This document shows positions 16,330 through 31,444 of a stretch of 64,000 bases of DNA, piece by piece. The notes under the pieces are model-generated. The model was not told the DNA's origin. It did no database searches and saw only the letters and a program-made list of their open reading frames with translations. Location of the stretch: assembly GCF_009914755.1 (NCBI RefSeq), contig NC_060946.1; one strand, given 5' to 3'. The DNA is from the human T2T-CHM13v2.0 reference genome, Homo sapiens. Position 1 is the stretch's first letter, and every line of letters begins with the position of its first letter. The position numbers and the translations under genes are program-made.

Positions 16330-17830
16330 GTGTCATGTTTTATAAGTATCAGTTAGGTCAAGGTAGTTGATATGATACCTTCTACATCTCTTTTGATTTT
16401 ATATCTAGTTGTTCTATCAATTGCTGAGAAAAGGGTGTTAAAATTTTCAACTATGATTGTAGAATGTCTGTTTCTTCTTTTATTTTGTCCATTTTCTCCA
16501 TAATTTTTGAAGCTCTGCTATTGAGTACAGAAACATTTTTGATTGTTGTGTCTTTCCATATGAAATGTGTCTATCTCTGGTAATATTCTTTGTCTTGAAA
16601 TTGACTTCACTGGATATTAATACAGATGTAGACACTTCAGTCTTATGCTTACTATTTTCATGAGGTATCTTTTCCCATCGTTCTACTATCAATTTGTTTT
16701 TATATATAAAGTGTGTTTCTTTTAGACAGATATAAAAGTGTCTTGATTATTTTTTTCCCTCATTCTGACAGCCTCTGCTTTTTAGTGAAGTAATTTTAGA
16801 TATTGTATTTATCCTTTGTGGAGTTTGCTGAGTTTCTTGAATCTGTAAATTTATATATATATTTTTTACCAAATCTGGGAAAATTAGGGGCCATTACTTC
16901 TTAAAGGATTATTTTTCTACCTCAATCTTTCTTTCCTCTCCTTTTAAGACTGATTATATATATATTTGATATTTGGATATTATCTGTCCTATATATCCTG
17001 GATGCCCTGTCTGAGTTTTCCCCCAATATTTTTTCTTTCTTTTCTTTAGATTGGATACTTCCTGTGGATTTGTCTTCAAATTTATTGGCATTTTCTTTTG
17101 GCATCTCTAATCTGCCATTCCATTGAATGTTTTTTTCAGATACTCTATTTTTTACTTCTGACATTTTTATCTGGTTCTTTTCATAGTTATTTTCTGCTGC
17201 TATTTCCTATCTTTTTATTCGTTACATGAATATTTTCTGTTAACATCCTTTCTGTTATGTCCAGTTATAATAGCTGCTTTAAAATCCTTGTCTGATAATT
17301 CTAACATTTGGGCTATCTTGGATTGGTTTTCATTGATGGTTTGTCCTCTTGCATATGGGTCACATTTTCTGTTTCTTCATCTGTAGAATAATTTTAGCTT
17401 GTATCTTGAACATGTGATTGATACATTGTGGATACTCTAAACTCTGTTATGCTCCTCCAAGGTGTATGGATTTTTTCATCTGTTCGTTGAAGAATACAGT
17501 TAACTTGGCTTACTCAAACTCTGAGCCCTGTCCTCTCTGCAGTGGTGGAAGATGAATCTTGTTCAGTTCTTTAAGGCTCAGCTAGGCTGCTTAGGGTCTG
17601 TCATGCTCATGTGTCATTATGGGGCCCACCAGGGATTTTGACTGGATTTATACATAGAATTTTGGAGCTTTCCTTCTGTGGCTCTTTATTTTCTTACAGT
17701 TTCTGTTGGATGCCCTTTTCCATTCTCTGTGTTCCTTTGGTCACTCTTCAGTGCTTATTGTCTATGTGTCCAGAATTTTAGTTGTTATCTCAGGAGGATT
17801 GTTCTGTTAGGAATTAATTGGTTCTGACCA
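16330..17830 (-). mobile_element. Old L1M/L1ME fragments
   Basis: T-rich antisense L1 text: gttctatcaattgctgagaaaagggtgttaaaattttcaactatgattgtaga. Confidence 0.7.
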
Positions 17831-17849
17831 GAAGCAGAGCCTGAGTTTG

Positions 17850-18480
17850 TGTTATATTTTGAATATAAAGCAAACGTGATTTGCTGATGAATTGGATGTA
17901 GGGGGTGGTGGTGGCAGGGGCGTGGCGAAAGAGTGGAATCACTATGATTATTCATTTTTTGGCTTAAGCAACTGGGAGGATGATTTTACTCATTTTTTTG
18001 ATAAAGAAGACTGGGAGAGGAGCCCGTTTGGCTGGAGTACAGAGGATGTGGAAGTTAAGGGTTTCATTTAGATGTGTTAAATTTGAGATGCTTTCTAGAT
18101 ATTCAACTGAAAATGTCAAATAGATAGTTAGATATTTAGAATCTGGAGCTCAGGAGTCCTAGAGATCCAGACTTAGTCATCAGAATATAATTGATATTTG
18201 AAACTGTGGGACTACATAGCTTTACCTAGGGAGAACTTAGCTGGTGAAGAAGGGGTGCCCCCAGCACCATGCTCTGAGGCAGTTCAGGATTTGGAAGTCA
18301 AGCAGAGGAGAGGAACTACCAAAGGAGACCAAGAAAGAGAAGCCTGGAGAGGATAGGTCACAGAAGTCAGAGAAGAATATTTCAAAGAAGGCATCAGTGG
18401 ACAACTGATTTGAATGCTGCTGAGAAGTCAATAAGGTGAAGGACAAAAGAGAGAGCCTTGGATTGGGCCAGACAGAGATG
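17850..18480 (-). mobile_element. L2 fragment
   Basis: atttgctgatgaattggatgtaggg..tttttggcttaagcaactgggagga..atgtgttaaatttgagatgc. Confidence 0.7.
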
Positions 18481-20724
18481 ACTTCACTAGACCATCTCAC
18501 TACAATGGTGGTGGAACAAAGGGTGGGCGCAGAAGCAGAGACTATGACACCTGTGGACCAAAAGTGCTTGCTCTTAGGGCTCAGGTTATTTAGGCTTCCA
18601 GTTCACCTGGGAGCTGTGTAACCACCAAAGCAGAAAGGGACTACAGGTCTGTGAATATTTATTATTGATGATAGTGTTTCTATCCTGCAGTAGGGAAGAC
18701 TTTTCACCTTGAACTCAGACCTTTCCCTGCCCAGGTTACCTGGACAACCAAACTTCCGGGGTCAGAGATGGCATTTGCTATGTATATGCTGCAATAGGAT
18801 GTTTGTTTAGAGCTATTGGTAGTCGACTGCATGGTCTTTAATCAGTGGTCTTACTGATTATAGAAAGTGAATACCAAATTACAGCCACAGATGCTTTAGG
18901 CTCTTATTTTGCATACCAAGAGTTACCTTTTCTGTTGTCAAGTTGGAGCTTAGAAGGCACAAGGCTCTTAGTCAAGACAGTGTTGTGGTTCAGAGCATGA
19001 TTTACCCAGAAATGATGGGATTTGACTGTTCATGGGAAGGAGCTTCCACAGAATGAGCATTTGTTTAACCAGGTGTCAATTTGCTTTGCAGGTTTCTTGG
19101 AACATAGACTTAAATTTCATTACACTTGTTTTCAAGGATCATCATTCCATGAAGTCTTATTATCCCTTGAGGCTGTTCTTATGTAGAGGCAGAAACTTTT
19201 GCCTTTGGTTTAGTGATAGTCTACCATTTTATCCTAGCATTCTGGCATTAACCTTTGGATTTGCCTAAAGCAAAATACAACAAAAGGAATCAGCCAAGCC
19301 AAAAATCTTTGATTTATTTTCCGACTCTCCTTCGGATTTTGGTATCTGGCTTCTGTTACTTTGCAGCTACCATATTCACATCTGGTATGGTGCTTGGACA
19401 TGTTAGACTTGTTCTCCTGAATTGACTTAGAATGGTTAAGCCCTGGTCTTTTGGCTATGTTGACATTACTGGACTGATTCTTCATAAAGATTTTCCTGTT
19501 GGATAGAGTATCAGCCTTCCCCAGTCTGCCTGCCTTTATGTCAGGTTTTATTGTCTTCTTCAAGAAGACTCCATGTGAATTTCAGCCATCACAGTGTAAC
19601 ACTGATGATCTTTCAAGACAATTAAGATGTTCCTGGGAATTTCTCAGCGTGTGAACCTGCTAGCCCTCATATGACTCATGGGACCTCAGTGTTTCACGTA
19701 CCCTTTTTCCCTCACCTGCATGACTGTGCCCTTATCTTTATTAGGAGTCTAATAAATAGGATTTGCTGGTTTTGATTTCAAAGCTGTGAAAGCCGTACTA
19801 TAAGGTAAAAGGTAACCTTTATTTCTATTTAGTTTGTGAAAGGAAGTCATATGTACTAATCAGTCATTATAGTGAAGATCTTTGTGACAGTTTCCCTCCG
19901 AGCTTCATATTTCATGTATGTTTTCATTCTCTTCTTGTCTTTTGGATTAAAAGTATTTCTGTAAATAAATTGGGAACAATTCTGAGGTCCAGGACCTTCT
20001 GTTATCAGGTTAGAGCATTGGGAGCCATTTCCACATAAGGCAAATATTTCTAAAGCACAGTTTCATTATTTAGTCATTTTTAACACCAACCAGGTTACCT
20101 TTGCTGAATACAGCAAAATACACGATTTGAAGTCACCAGTCACCTGTCTGTTAATACTTTTATAGTGCAGCTGAGGTTCCAACCTGAAAAGCCAATGCTT
20201 TCATCTGTGGGTTAATTCCTTTCTATAATACTTATTTGCTTTAGTTGATTTTTGAAAAATCTCTTTGCAGGAATTCTGGCAGTATATTTTTTTCCTCCTT
20301 GTAGTTTTGGAACACTGCAGTTGAGTGAGAACATTCCCTATCCTAACTCCTAGAACTGAATTACAGCCAAATTGAAATGATTTGTGCTTTGAAGAGGAGA
20401 ATTGGCAAGGATGCATGGTCTATGGCTCGTGTATTGTAAGATAATTGTAACCATGGCAGTGTGTGTTTCCTAATATTATGTTTCTACATTTAAGTGATGA
20501 GAGTCATCATAGGGAAAAAATCCACTTGTATGTTTCTAGTTGAATTTAAATTATTCCAACTTCATTATTACAACATTAGAAGTAGCTGTTTCCTGTGGAA
20601 TAGCCGGTTCAGTAATTTGCTTTATCTCATGTGCAAGTGGTTTCTGCCTGGGCCAGTAATATATTTTAATAAGGCAAGTTTCCAGGAAGATACAACCTAA
20701 CAATGATAACTTTAAAAAACCTAG

Positions 20725-20826
20725 ATAAAGGAATATGAAAAACTTGATAATGAGGAAGACCGCCTTTGCAGAAGTCGACAAATTTATGATGCCTACATCA
20801 TGAAGGAACTTCTTTCCTGTTCACAT
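20725..20826 (+). CDS. GRK3: GRK3 exon 4 ([34 protein letters not shown])
   Basis: aacctag|ATAAAG...TCACAT|gtaagt; 102 nt, phase 0-0. Confidence 0.97.
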
Positions 20827-21439
20827 GTAAGTATTTCTTCTTACTCTGTTACTTTAGTACTGATGAATAAGGGACCATGTTCAGCGTTTCCAGAATGAAA
20901 GTTAAACAGTAGAAAGGTGTTTAAAATTGAAAAATGCACGCCCGGGATGGATCCTATTTCTTCTGCTTTGTTGTTTCCTGGTAATATTACCACGATGTGT
21001 GTTGCTTCGTGTAAGCTTAGTTTATTTCCAAAAGCTGATACTTTCACTGCAAACATCAATGAAATAAAATTGCTAATTTAGATCAACTGAAGAAAAAGTC
21101 TCAATTCAAGACATTCTAAAGGAAATTAAGCTTTATTATTTTAAAATGAGCTATACTTTAACAATTAAGCTAATCAGCTATTGATAAATATAAATTTTAA
21201 ATGGTCTCTTTGAATGAATAAAGTGGCTTATAATCATTGTGTTAATTTTGTCCATTAATAGTTCAATAGCAGTTGTAATATTTTTTTTTCCTTGTAAATC
21301 AGATAAACAATCTAACTTGGTCATTAGGATAAACTAGGTTATTAGGAAATTATTCTATCAGGAGTAACTGGAAGAACATTTACCATGTAATATCTCTATA
21401 TTAGGAATGTTTTCCAAAAGGTGGCCTGACAGTCCTGGC

Positions 21440-21655
21440 CTGCTGTATCAACGCAGCAGCCACTAGCTGCATGTGGCAATTTACATTTAACTTTAAATTA
21501 ACTAAAGTCAAATGGGAGTAAAAATTTAATACCTCAGTTCCTCATGAGCCACATTTCCAGTACTCAGTGGTTACATGGGGCTAGTGGCTTTTGTATTGGA
21601 TGGCACAGATACACAACCCTCCCATTGTCACAGCAAGTCCTATTGGACAGCACTG
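21440..21655 (-). mobile_element. MER3 (hAT-Charlie) MITE
   Basis: gcagccactagctgcatgtggc...tattggacagcactg. Confidence 0.8.
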
Positions 21656-22258
21656 GTCATGGTATTGGTGTATTTTGGTGCTTCTGTATTCATTGTTTAT
21701 GTACAGTTCTTGCTGACATTTGCATAACTGTGGCTAAAGAGGACGTCTCTTTCTTGCGGCATGCACTGCTCTGTTCCTTGGACCCACCTGGCTTGATGAA
21801 GGAATTTCTGGGCCTAGGACTAATTGTTGCTACTCCATGCCTTGCTGCCTCAGTAGGGAAGGACTGAACCCTTGAAGAATGCCAGATGTTCAATGGGAAA
21901 GCCTCCGTAAACTTAGTTTTTATGTAGTTCAGCAGTTTAGAGGGTGTTTATTCGTATGATGGTACTTTTAAGCCTTTCTTCTTATTGTACATTATTAAAG
22001 AAGACACAATTTGAAGTTTGGAGAGGGGAGGATACCATTTTAATTTTTATCAGTGGGAGCTCCATTTTTTTCCCCCTAGTTCCCCTCGCTGTGGTTACAG
22101 TAAGACTTTCCTTAACTAGAGCCTTTTACCACTATGGCTTGACTTTGTAATCCTGACATTAATTCTTAGGGGTATTTTTGTGTATTTTCTCTTATTTGAT
22201 GGAAATTTTATCTTTTTACAACCCCATTATCAGTTTGTTGATGAATGTATGCATTTAG

Positions 22259-22473
22259 GGCCCAAACAATCCTCCCATCTCAGCCTCCAGAGTAGTTAGG
22301 ACTACAGGCGCACACCACCATGCCTGGCTCATTTTTATTTTTATTTTTATCTTTATGGAAATGAGGTTCCACTGTGTTGCCCAGGCTGATCGCGAACTTC
22401 TGGGCTCAAGTGATCCTCCTGCCTCAACCTCCCAAAGTGCTGGGATTACAGGCATGAACCAGTGCACTTGACC
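22259..22473 (-). mobile_element. Partial AluJ
   Basis: ctgggctcaagtgatcctcctgcc..cccaaagtgctgggattacagg; 3' part of the right arm missing. Confidence 0.88.
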
Positions 22474-22778
22474 TGATAATAGGATTCTTTACACTTTATT
22501 ATCAGAGTGATCTTGAACCCTTCTGGAATTGCATAATGTCAGCCCCTGCATGGTCATTCTTCTGGGCATGTATCTAAGAACTGGATGCCCAGAGGAACAA
22601 GCATTTGCTGCGATTGCCTATAAATACTCAACAGATTTTTAAAGAATGTTTGTTAATATAATTACCGTAGGTTACTGTTTAGTAATTGCTGTGTTAAATT
22701 TATCTGTTGTGATATTATATAACATACACAGATTGGTTACATTTTATTATTTAAAAATATTATTTTTGACTTTGATAG

Positions 22779-22853
22779 CCTTTCTCAAAGCAAGCTGTAG
22801 AACACGTACAAAGTCATTTATCCAAGAAACAAGTGACATCAACTCTTTTTCAG
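22779..22853 (+). CDS. GRK3: GRK3 exon 5 (PFSKQAVEHVQSHLSKKQVTSTLFQ)
   Basis: ttgatag|CCTTTC...TTTCAG|gtaaga; 75 nt, phase 0-0. Confidence 0.97.
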
Positions 22854-23652
22854 GTAAGATAAAATTATTCCAAAATAAATAGATAATATTTGCTTAACAC
22901 TTGGCCTTGGTGACATTCTTTTTGCATGTGCAATTACACTAGAGGACTTGCTTTGTAAAGACTGTGTTCTATTCTGGAGCTTTGTCTGGGACTATTTGAG
23001 TTTATTATCGCTTATCTTCCCATTGCAAAGTGTCCTTCTACCAACGTGCTTCCTAAAGCCTTTTCTGAAAAAGGTCATTAGAGCTTTGTCGTAACATTAT
23101 GTTCTAGAAATCAGTCAAGATAAGACATCAGAGAAGCAAGTTTTTGCCCATTTGACATTCCAGCACCTGTGATGAGCAATGACTCTACAAGATTTATTTT
23201 GTAGTGCCAGGCTGTTGATACTTGCTGTGATTATCCTCTAGGGGAAATACAATTTATTTTCAAGATTCAGGAGCAAATGTTTGAGTGATCTTTGAGTCAT
23301 GGGAAATTGTATTTTACCTTGGCTGTTCATATCTTGAACACAATACCGTCATACAGGTTTAAATGACAAGACTTGGAAAATCAGATTCCCAACTAATAGG
23401 CCTATGTATTTGGCATTCCTTAGATGAGGTGGTTTCACTTCCTCCCAAAAGCCTTTTCCATCCTGTGTTTTTTATAGAGGTGGCAGTGGTTTACAAGGAC
23501 AGTCAGATTCTCCAATGAACAAAGTGCTTTTCATGTTTCTATAAATTACAAGAAATAGGAAAGAATGTCATTGAGTAATATAATGGTTTTAATAAGTGAA
23601 AATAATCAACTCATCTTTTTCCTGGATAAGTTGGGCATTTAAAGGGAGGTAA

Positions 23653-23967
<315 letters not shown>

Positions 23968-24149
23968 AACTTTGGCATCTTATGATGGTGTTTATGCAAA
24001 ATGAATTTGATTATTCAGCAGAGCAAATACCGATTTGGCTCTTAGAGCATATTTAGATAGTAACAAATTGGGTGTTACCTTTCTGTGACAATAATTAGAT
24101 GGACTTTCATAAAATGTAATACCTGTCTGGATAGTAGTGGGTTATAAGC

Positions 24150-24370
24150 TTGGGTTATGAAATTCATTGACCTGACCTGGCTTTGAGTCCCAGGGCCGTA
24201 GCTGGAGGACCTTGGGTAAGCTCCTCCACCTTCCTAACTTCAGTTTTCTCATCTGTAAAGTGGAAATGACACTGCGCTCTCCCTGAAAGGGAGGTCTTGA
24301 TTCAGTGAGAAGGGTGCACACGGGTTGCTTTGTACGAGGCCCGCCTATCACTGTGCTCCACAAATGTTAG
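24150..24370 (+). mobile_element. MIR fragment
   Basis: cttcagttttctcatctgtaaagtggaaatgac core. Confidence 0.65.
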
Positions 24371-26454
24371 CTATTATCACACATCTTACAGTCAGAAAGT
24401 ACAGTGTCAATATCTGCTTTTTGTTGTCTCCATGATATTTGAGTGTCAGAATTTCAGTTTTCATCTGACTTTGCCATGGTACGTAGACAGCCTTATGGTC
24501 AATTACATTTAACATTGCTAAACCATACCTCATAATACATGGGTTTTACAAATCTGATTTTAGCTTCCACTATAACATAAATAACATTGAAAAAAAATTG
24601 TTCCAGTTGAGATACAAAGACCACTAGGATTCTTTCATACCTTCAAAAAACATTCATTTAGAAGCAATTTCTTTCATATATCTTTTAAAAAACACTTTAT
24701 TGATTTGTTTTGTTCATTAAAAAAATAGTCAAAATTTTCTGGCTAAACAGATATAGAATGGGTATTATTCTTATTTCAGAGGTGAAGAAAATCTTATAAA
24801 GTTTATTAAAATAAGGAGTATATTAATGCAATTCTATGTATTATGTACCATCAGAGCATAATGACTAAAGTATAAGTAAAAGGTATATGTCTGAATGTCC
24901 TGTTTACAGAGGTACATTAACCAGTAAAGTCAGTTGAAGTTCATAGTAAAACAAAACTGTTTTTAAAGTAAATACGAATGCTTTTTATTAAATTCTTTTT
25001 GTTGTAAGATTGCCTTTAGAGGTAAGTAAGTGCATAGGTCCATTGGTGGCGGGCTTGGGAGGGGCCCTAGCTTGTGCTTGAGTGCTTCTAAAATGCACTG
25101 TGCCCTGAGCTCGGCTCTCAGTATTCTGAATCTTACCGAATTCTCACGACAGCCTTACAATTTAGATACGACTGTTCTCTTTTACAGATTAAGGGAACTG
25201 AGGATCAGAGAGGGAAAGTAGTCTGCTCCTCATCTCACTGTTGAACTCTGGCTTTCATACTCCTTAGCAAGCCTGTTGCGGTTCTTTCTGTTGAAAAGTG
25301 GCAGCATGGTAGATTCTACGTAGTCTTAGGAATTCCCAGTGACACTCATCTTTTACTTTATTAGCAGAAAGTAGGGATGTTTGATAAAATATGAAAGAAA
25401 AATATTAATTGACATAATAGCTTTTATAAATAGAAAAATCTGTGATCTATAAATGTAGCCTTTTCTTAGATCTTTGGACATTTGAATCTATTTCGTCTCT
25501 TGACTCTTTTGAACCTCTTGAGACTTGTCGAGGACTTGGCTAAGATAGATGTTGTGTGTTTCCTGGAATCAGGATTTCAGAGCTGGAAGGAACTTCAGAG
25601 AGAGATAATTTAGCTTCCTCTTTCACCACAAAGGGGACAAAGTCCATATGGTTTTCGCAACTAGCTCCAGTGCCTTCCCCAGGACAGGGATAGTTCTGCA
25701 AGTTGGGGTAGACTGGCTCACCCCCCACCACCGCCCCCTATCCCGCGTTGCCCGCCAGGCTAGCGTCCTTTCTGCTTGCAGGAAGCAAGGCTCCCAGAAG
25801 GACTGCAGCTGCCTCCCAGCCCATGTTTGGTTCCTGTGGCTTCTGCAGACTTCCTATTCTCATCACTTGGTTTGTACTGTTCCATGATGTAGTTTTTCTT
25901 TTATTTTGTTTTGTAAACTTTCAGGATGATCTATGAAGACATAAAAAAAAGGTTAAATTTGGATCATTCAATGAGCTGAGGGTGCCAAAATGTTTCCCAA
26001 AACTATCTAATTGACTCTGGGCTGAACTGTGAAATATTGTCTCTTTATATTTTTATAGTTCTTGATTTTAAAAGTTCATAACATGGAAAAGGAAAGCTGA
26101 TGCTGTTTATTCAGTAATGGGTAAAGTGGCATGAAGTTGAAGTAGATGGTAGTTGTTCTCCATGAGGGGAAGAGCACTGTGCATGTGAACCAGGAGCCCT
26201 CGCCTTAACCCCAGTTTAGCCATGGACCTTCTCAGAGACCTTGGGAGTGCACCTGCCTGCAGTTTGGTAGCCTTACCTGTAAGATGAGGAGTGGGATTGG
26301 ATCAACTCTCCCCTGTGGTTTTCTCTATGACTCTAAGAGATAGAAAATCAATAAATAAAATAGCTAATTAAAAAAAATTTCACTTCATGGACCTATTAGC
26401 TTTGAGTTTTTAAAACTCAGTGCAGATTACAGATGCTTTTATTAGCTTACAAGT

Positions 26455-26601
26455 TGTGCCACATAACTTGTGGGGCCCAGTGCAACGTGAAAACGCAGGG
26501 CTCCTCATACAAAAATGATTAAGAATTTCAAAATGGCAACAACAGAGCTTTAAACCCAGCACCAGGCTTTTCTGAGTCACACTTCCATGAAGCGAGCCCT
26601 G
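26455..26601 (-). mobile_element. MER45A (hAT-Tip100) fragment
   Basis: ggggcccagtgcaa..attaagaatttcaaaatggcaac..catgaagcgagccctg. Confidence 0.75.
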
Positions 26602-26887
26602 CTCCTGTAAGAAGTGTCTGTGACTTGCCAGGAGTCATATTAGGTAGTAGGAATATAGTGGCAAACAGGGCAGACTTGTCTGTGTCTTCATAGAATCAAG
26701 TGGTGTAGATAAATATTGATGAATGCATTAGTGAATATTAGACAAGCACGGAGAAGGGCAGGTACCAGACACAATGCTATGGGGAGTGCATAATTGGGAA
26801 CTTCGCTTAACCTGAGTCTCATTGGTTTGTGTTTTTTTGATACATTCCGATTCATTCACCGTGGAATTTCTTTTCCATCTCTTCCAG

Positions 26888-26949
26888 CCATACATAGAAG
26901 AAATTTGTGAAAGCCTTCGAGGTGACATTTTTCAAAAATTTATGGAAAG
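26888..26949 (+). CDS. GRK3: GRK3 exon 6 ([20 protein letters not shown](S))
   Basis: ctcttccag|CCATAC...GGAAAG|gtatga; 62 nt. Confidence 0.97.
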
Positions 26950-29360
26950 GTATGAAACTTTATGCATATATATACACAATTTTTTATCATGTACGTGTAC
27001 CTCATCTTATGCCGTAAATGCTGACCTTAAAATGTGTGTTAATCATTTAGCAAGTATTCACTGACCATGTACGATGTGCCAGGCTTTGTGTTAAACTGTT
27101 TCCTCAGTACTTTACATTATAATTTTAGGGTTTGTCTATCTTAACATCTCTTTGACCTTCAATTTCTCAGCTTCAATAGAGTCTAAAATATACACTGAGG
27201 AACCTCAATTTTAAAAAGTATCTTATTGAGAGACCTTTGCTAATAATGCAAACTTGACTATAATTTATCTGATTCATTTGCTTGGATTTTGGAAACATGT
27301 CTCCCAAAGCAGGACAAGCCTGTACTTGATTCTTCATGTAGGAGTAGAATTTAAGGACATAGGTCAATGTCTGTTTATGATCGTGTACATCATTAAATAC
27401 CTAATAAATATGTCCCTTGGTTACTCAAACTATAGATCTACTGGTCAATTCTTCAGTTTTTTGAGTATGTCTCTGTGACAATGCACCACTGAAATTGGAC
27501 CCTCTAAAACAGAATCTGCATTGACACTGACTTTATCAGCTTGGCTAATTTCTAGACAATATACGTGATGATAATATCTCATGCTAGAGCTTTCTGCAGC
27601 TGCTCAGTAATTGCACTTTAAGAACAAATGCTACTTTACTGTAGTTTTCTTCACCACATATTCACAGAACTAAAGCAATTAAAAAGAAAGTTGTGTTGCA
27701 ATTCTATTGGAGTTCAAGAGGTAATTTTATCCTGGAGCAGAGTCAATATGTTGGGAAACTAATATTCTTACAGACGATTGTACTTTTCTGAGTAATAGCA
27801 GGAACTTTGCCAAAAAGCGCCAGCATCAAAGGGAGAGGGTGGGCTGCTGGCTCAGGGCTGAGTTGCAGCCAAGTCCTGGGCCATCTCCATGGCTGTTGGT
27901 CCTAAAATCTGACCTTTCCCAACTCTTGGGTAAACCTAACTTTTGTGTGATCCTTAAGGGAGAAGGGAGAGAGGGGAAGGTAATTGAAAGTGGGGAAGAG
28001 GTTCTCCCATGGATATTTTATAACTTTGCCATGCATCCTTTCACTTGAAACCAGGCTCACAGATATAGTGATTTTCGCTCATTGAGACAGTCATTTCATA
28101 GCCTCACAGTAAATGCAAACGATGCCGTTTGCATTTTAGGCAAGCAGGCACATGGGATTTTCTGCAGCCATTACAATTTTCTGTAAATAAATTATTTTTA
28201 AAGTTGATTTGTTAATTTCCATCAAATTAGAAAAAAGAATTCATGTCAGGTGATAAGTTTGGAGCTTTGATTTTGAAAAGCACAGGGACTCCATCAATAT
28301 GGTCATGTAGCCTTTGACCTCATAGGGACTGGGCACACGAAGGGCCCCATGGAAAAGGTGATTTTTCCATGACCACCCTGAGTCTGATGGTAAAGAGGGA
28401 GCCATCAGCAATGCAGGGACATGTGCGATGTCTTCCCACCTTCCCTGAGGTCCAAGCAGGGCTGTGGGGCTGAGTTCCAGGTGAGGCAGAATTGGAGAGG
28501 GCAGTGGAGGCTTTCCCTCTTCTAGTTGAGAGCTATGCGCCTCATTCAGGCAGTGAACTTCAGTTGCTCAGCAGGACAACGACTGAGTCAGGAATCAGAG
28601 TTAAAAACACTTCTCCTACTCCACCCTTACTGCATCCCAGGCGTTTCCATGTCTTTAACCTCTGATCTTCTCTCCAAGATCCTTTGAAGTCATTTGCAAG
28701 GGCTCTAGCTACCTGAAGCCCTATCATTGTCTGGGCTCTTTCCTTTGTCACAGTTCCCCTCCTGTCAAAAGTGTCCCACTCAGTAACCAGGCATTGATTG
28801 GGAATAGCACTCAAATAACCCCCGTGGAGACAGGACTGAGCCTAGATACTCAGGGCCATCTGTACTTCCTAAAGAGGAACTTGTTACAGCAAATCCATTC
28901 TTAGTGGGCAAAATATGTAGGCACTTCTCTCTTCCTTGTTTGTTAACCCTCCTCAGCTAGTTGTAAAATGTGTCAGATTTCCATCCCCTGTCACCAGCTC
29001 TGGACTCCAGAATCTGTGAGAAAAGACAGTAAGAGCTAGCCTCACAAACCAAGTGCATTTCAAAGACCAGTCATAGATTTATAAATGGGAGTGCACCCAA
29101 ATGTGGTTTTGCCTTTTGCATGCACCATACTTTTAAAAAATAGGTTGAAATAACTCTTAGAAAGTCTCAAAACATAATTTTAATTGACCAACTTCATTAG
29201 ACATGTTAGGAGGATCAGTGAAACACTCTTTGTGAGTCATTTTAGATTCATTGAAAAAAAGATGCTATTGTAATTGCAACTATTCCTCTGCTTTTGATTT
29301 TTAATTTGATTGTTAGCCTCAGAAATATGTTAAAGATCCTTATTTTTTAAAAGGTCTATT

Positions 29361-29666
29361 GGTCGGGTGTGGTGGCTCGCCCCTGTAATCCCAGCACTTT
29401 GGGAGGCTGAGTCAGCAGGATCGCTTCAGGCTAGGGCTTCGACACCAGCCTGTACAACATAGCAACACCCACTATCTTCAAAAATAAAAATTAAAAACTA
29501 ATAGCTTAGTGCGGTGGTGTGTGCCTGTAGTCCTAGCCACTTGGGGGGCTGAGGTGGGAGGATCACTTGAGCCTAGGAATTGAGGGTTGTATCGACCTAG
29601 GATTGCACCACTGCACTCCGGCCTGGGACACAGAGTGAGACCCTGTCTCCAAAAGAAAAAAAAAAA
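29361..29666 (+). mobile_element. AluJ element
   Basis: gaggtgggaggatcacttgagcctagga; diverged dimer. Confidence 0.9.
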
Positions 29667-29907
29667 TTGTAAAGCTCATTAAATGAAGCCCCTAGGGAAC
29701 TGTGATATTTGGATGTCTTTAAGGCATTCCAGTATGATGCTAATATTACCTATAACTCCCTTCCTCCCTTCCTCCCTTCCTCCCTCTCTCCCTGAATCCT
29801 GTGTCTGTGTAAGGAATCATGCCAGGGGCAAAATGAGATCGAACCATCACCAGAATGTTCTCTACGAAGTATTCAATCTAGAATGCATTTCTTTTGAAAA
29901 TAGTTTA

Positions 29908-30219
<312 letters not shown>

Positions 30220-30220
30220 A

Positions 30221-30520
<300 letters not shown>

Positions 30521-30944
30521 TTACAGATATATTGCTCATTAATAAAAAACGTAATCAAAATGTCTTTGTTAAATAGATACAGGATATATCTTTTTCCTCA
30601 TGGATAAAGAAAACACTCATCAAGCAGTTGAGTGAATTGTGGGAGCATGTCAGTGTGGTGAACCTATTGCCTCTTAGGATTCTAGTCTGAGGGTTTCTCT
30701 TCTATACCACCTGTGTCTATTGGTCTGGGTTCAAATTCCACTCTCCCACTCTGTCACTGTGTGACCTTGGCCAAGCCTCTGAACATTTTGATGCCTTGGT
30801 CTCCTCAGCTATAAAATGGGGATCATAATAGTACCTGGCTGTAGAGTCTGTAGGAGGAATACATGAGCAGGCCTGGCACATGGCTACTCTTAGAATTATT
30901 TGTAAACATTAATTTTTTGTCTTAGAGCTGTGCTTTAAAAGCCA

Positions 30945-31200
30945 TGGCTGTCCAATATGGTAGCCAGTAGCCAGATACAGCTATTGAACACTTCAAATGT
31001 GATGAGTCTAAATTAAAATGTGCTTTTAAGTGCAGAATGCACTTCAGATTTCAAAGACTTAATATAGTAACAAGAATGTAGAATATCTCATTAATTCATA
31101 TTGATTTCATGTTGAATTTTTAATATATTGGGTTACATAAAGTATATTATTAAAATTACATTATATATGTGGTTCATATCATCTCCGTATTGGACTCTGC
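30945..31200 (+). mobile_element. MER33 (hAT-Charlie) fragment
   Basis: gctgtccaatatggtagccagtagcca..gatttcaaagacttaatatagt. Confidence 0.75.
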
Positions 31201-31444
31201 TGATTCAGATAAAAGTGGTACCATAGCTTATGACAATTAAAGAAGAAACATGAAATCTTTCATTTGAATCATGAAATAAAGCCATGAATACGGGTGAATG
31301 CTCTGTGAAAAAGGGTTTCAGAAAACTTAACTTTATTTGACAAGCAACCCAAGTAATGCCGTTCTAGTCTGTCTTACGGTGTTGTTTTGTAAATCCAGTT
31401 AATTTGATATTTAACTTTTTAGTAATTATTTTATTCTCTTTTAG

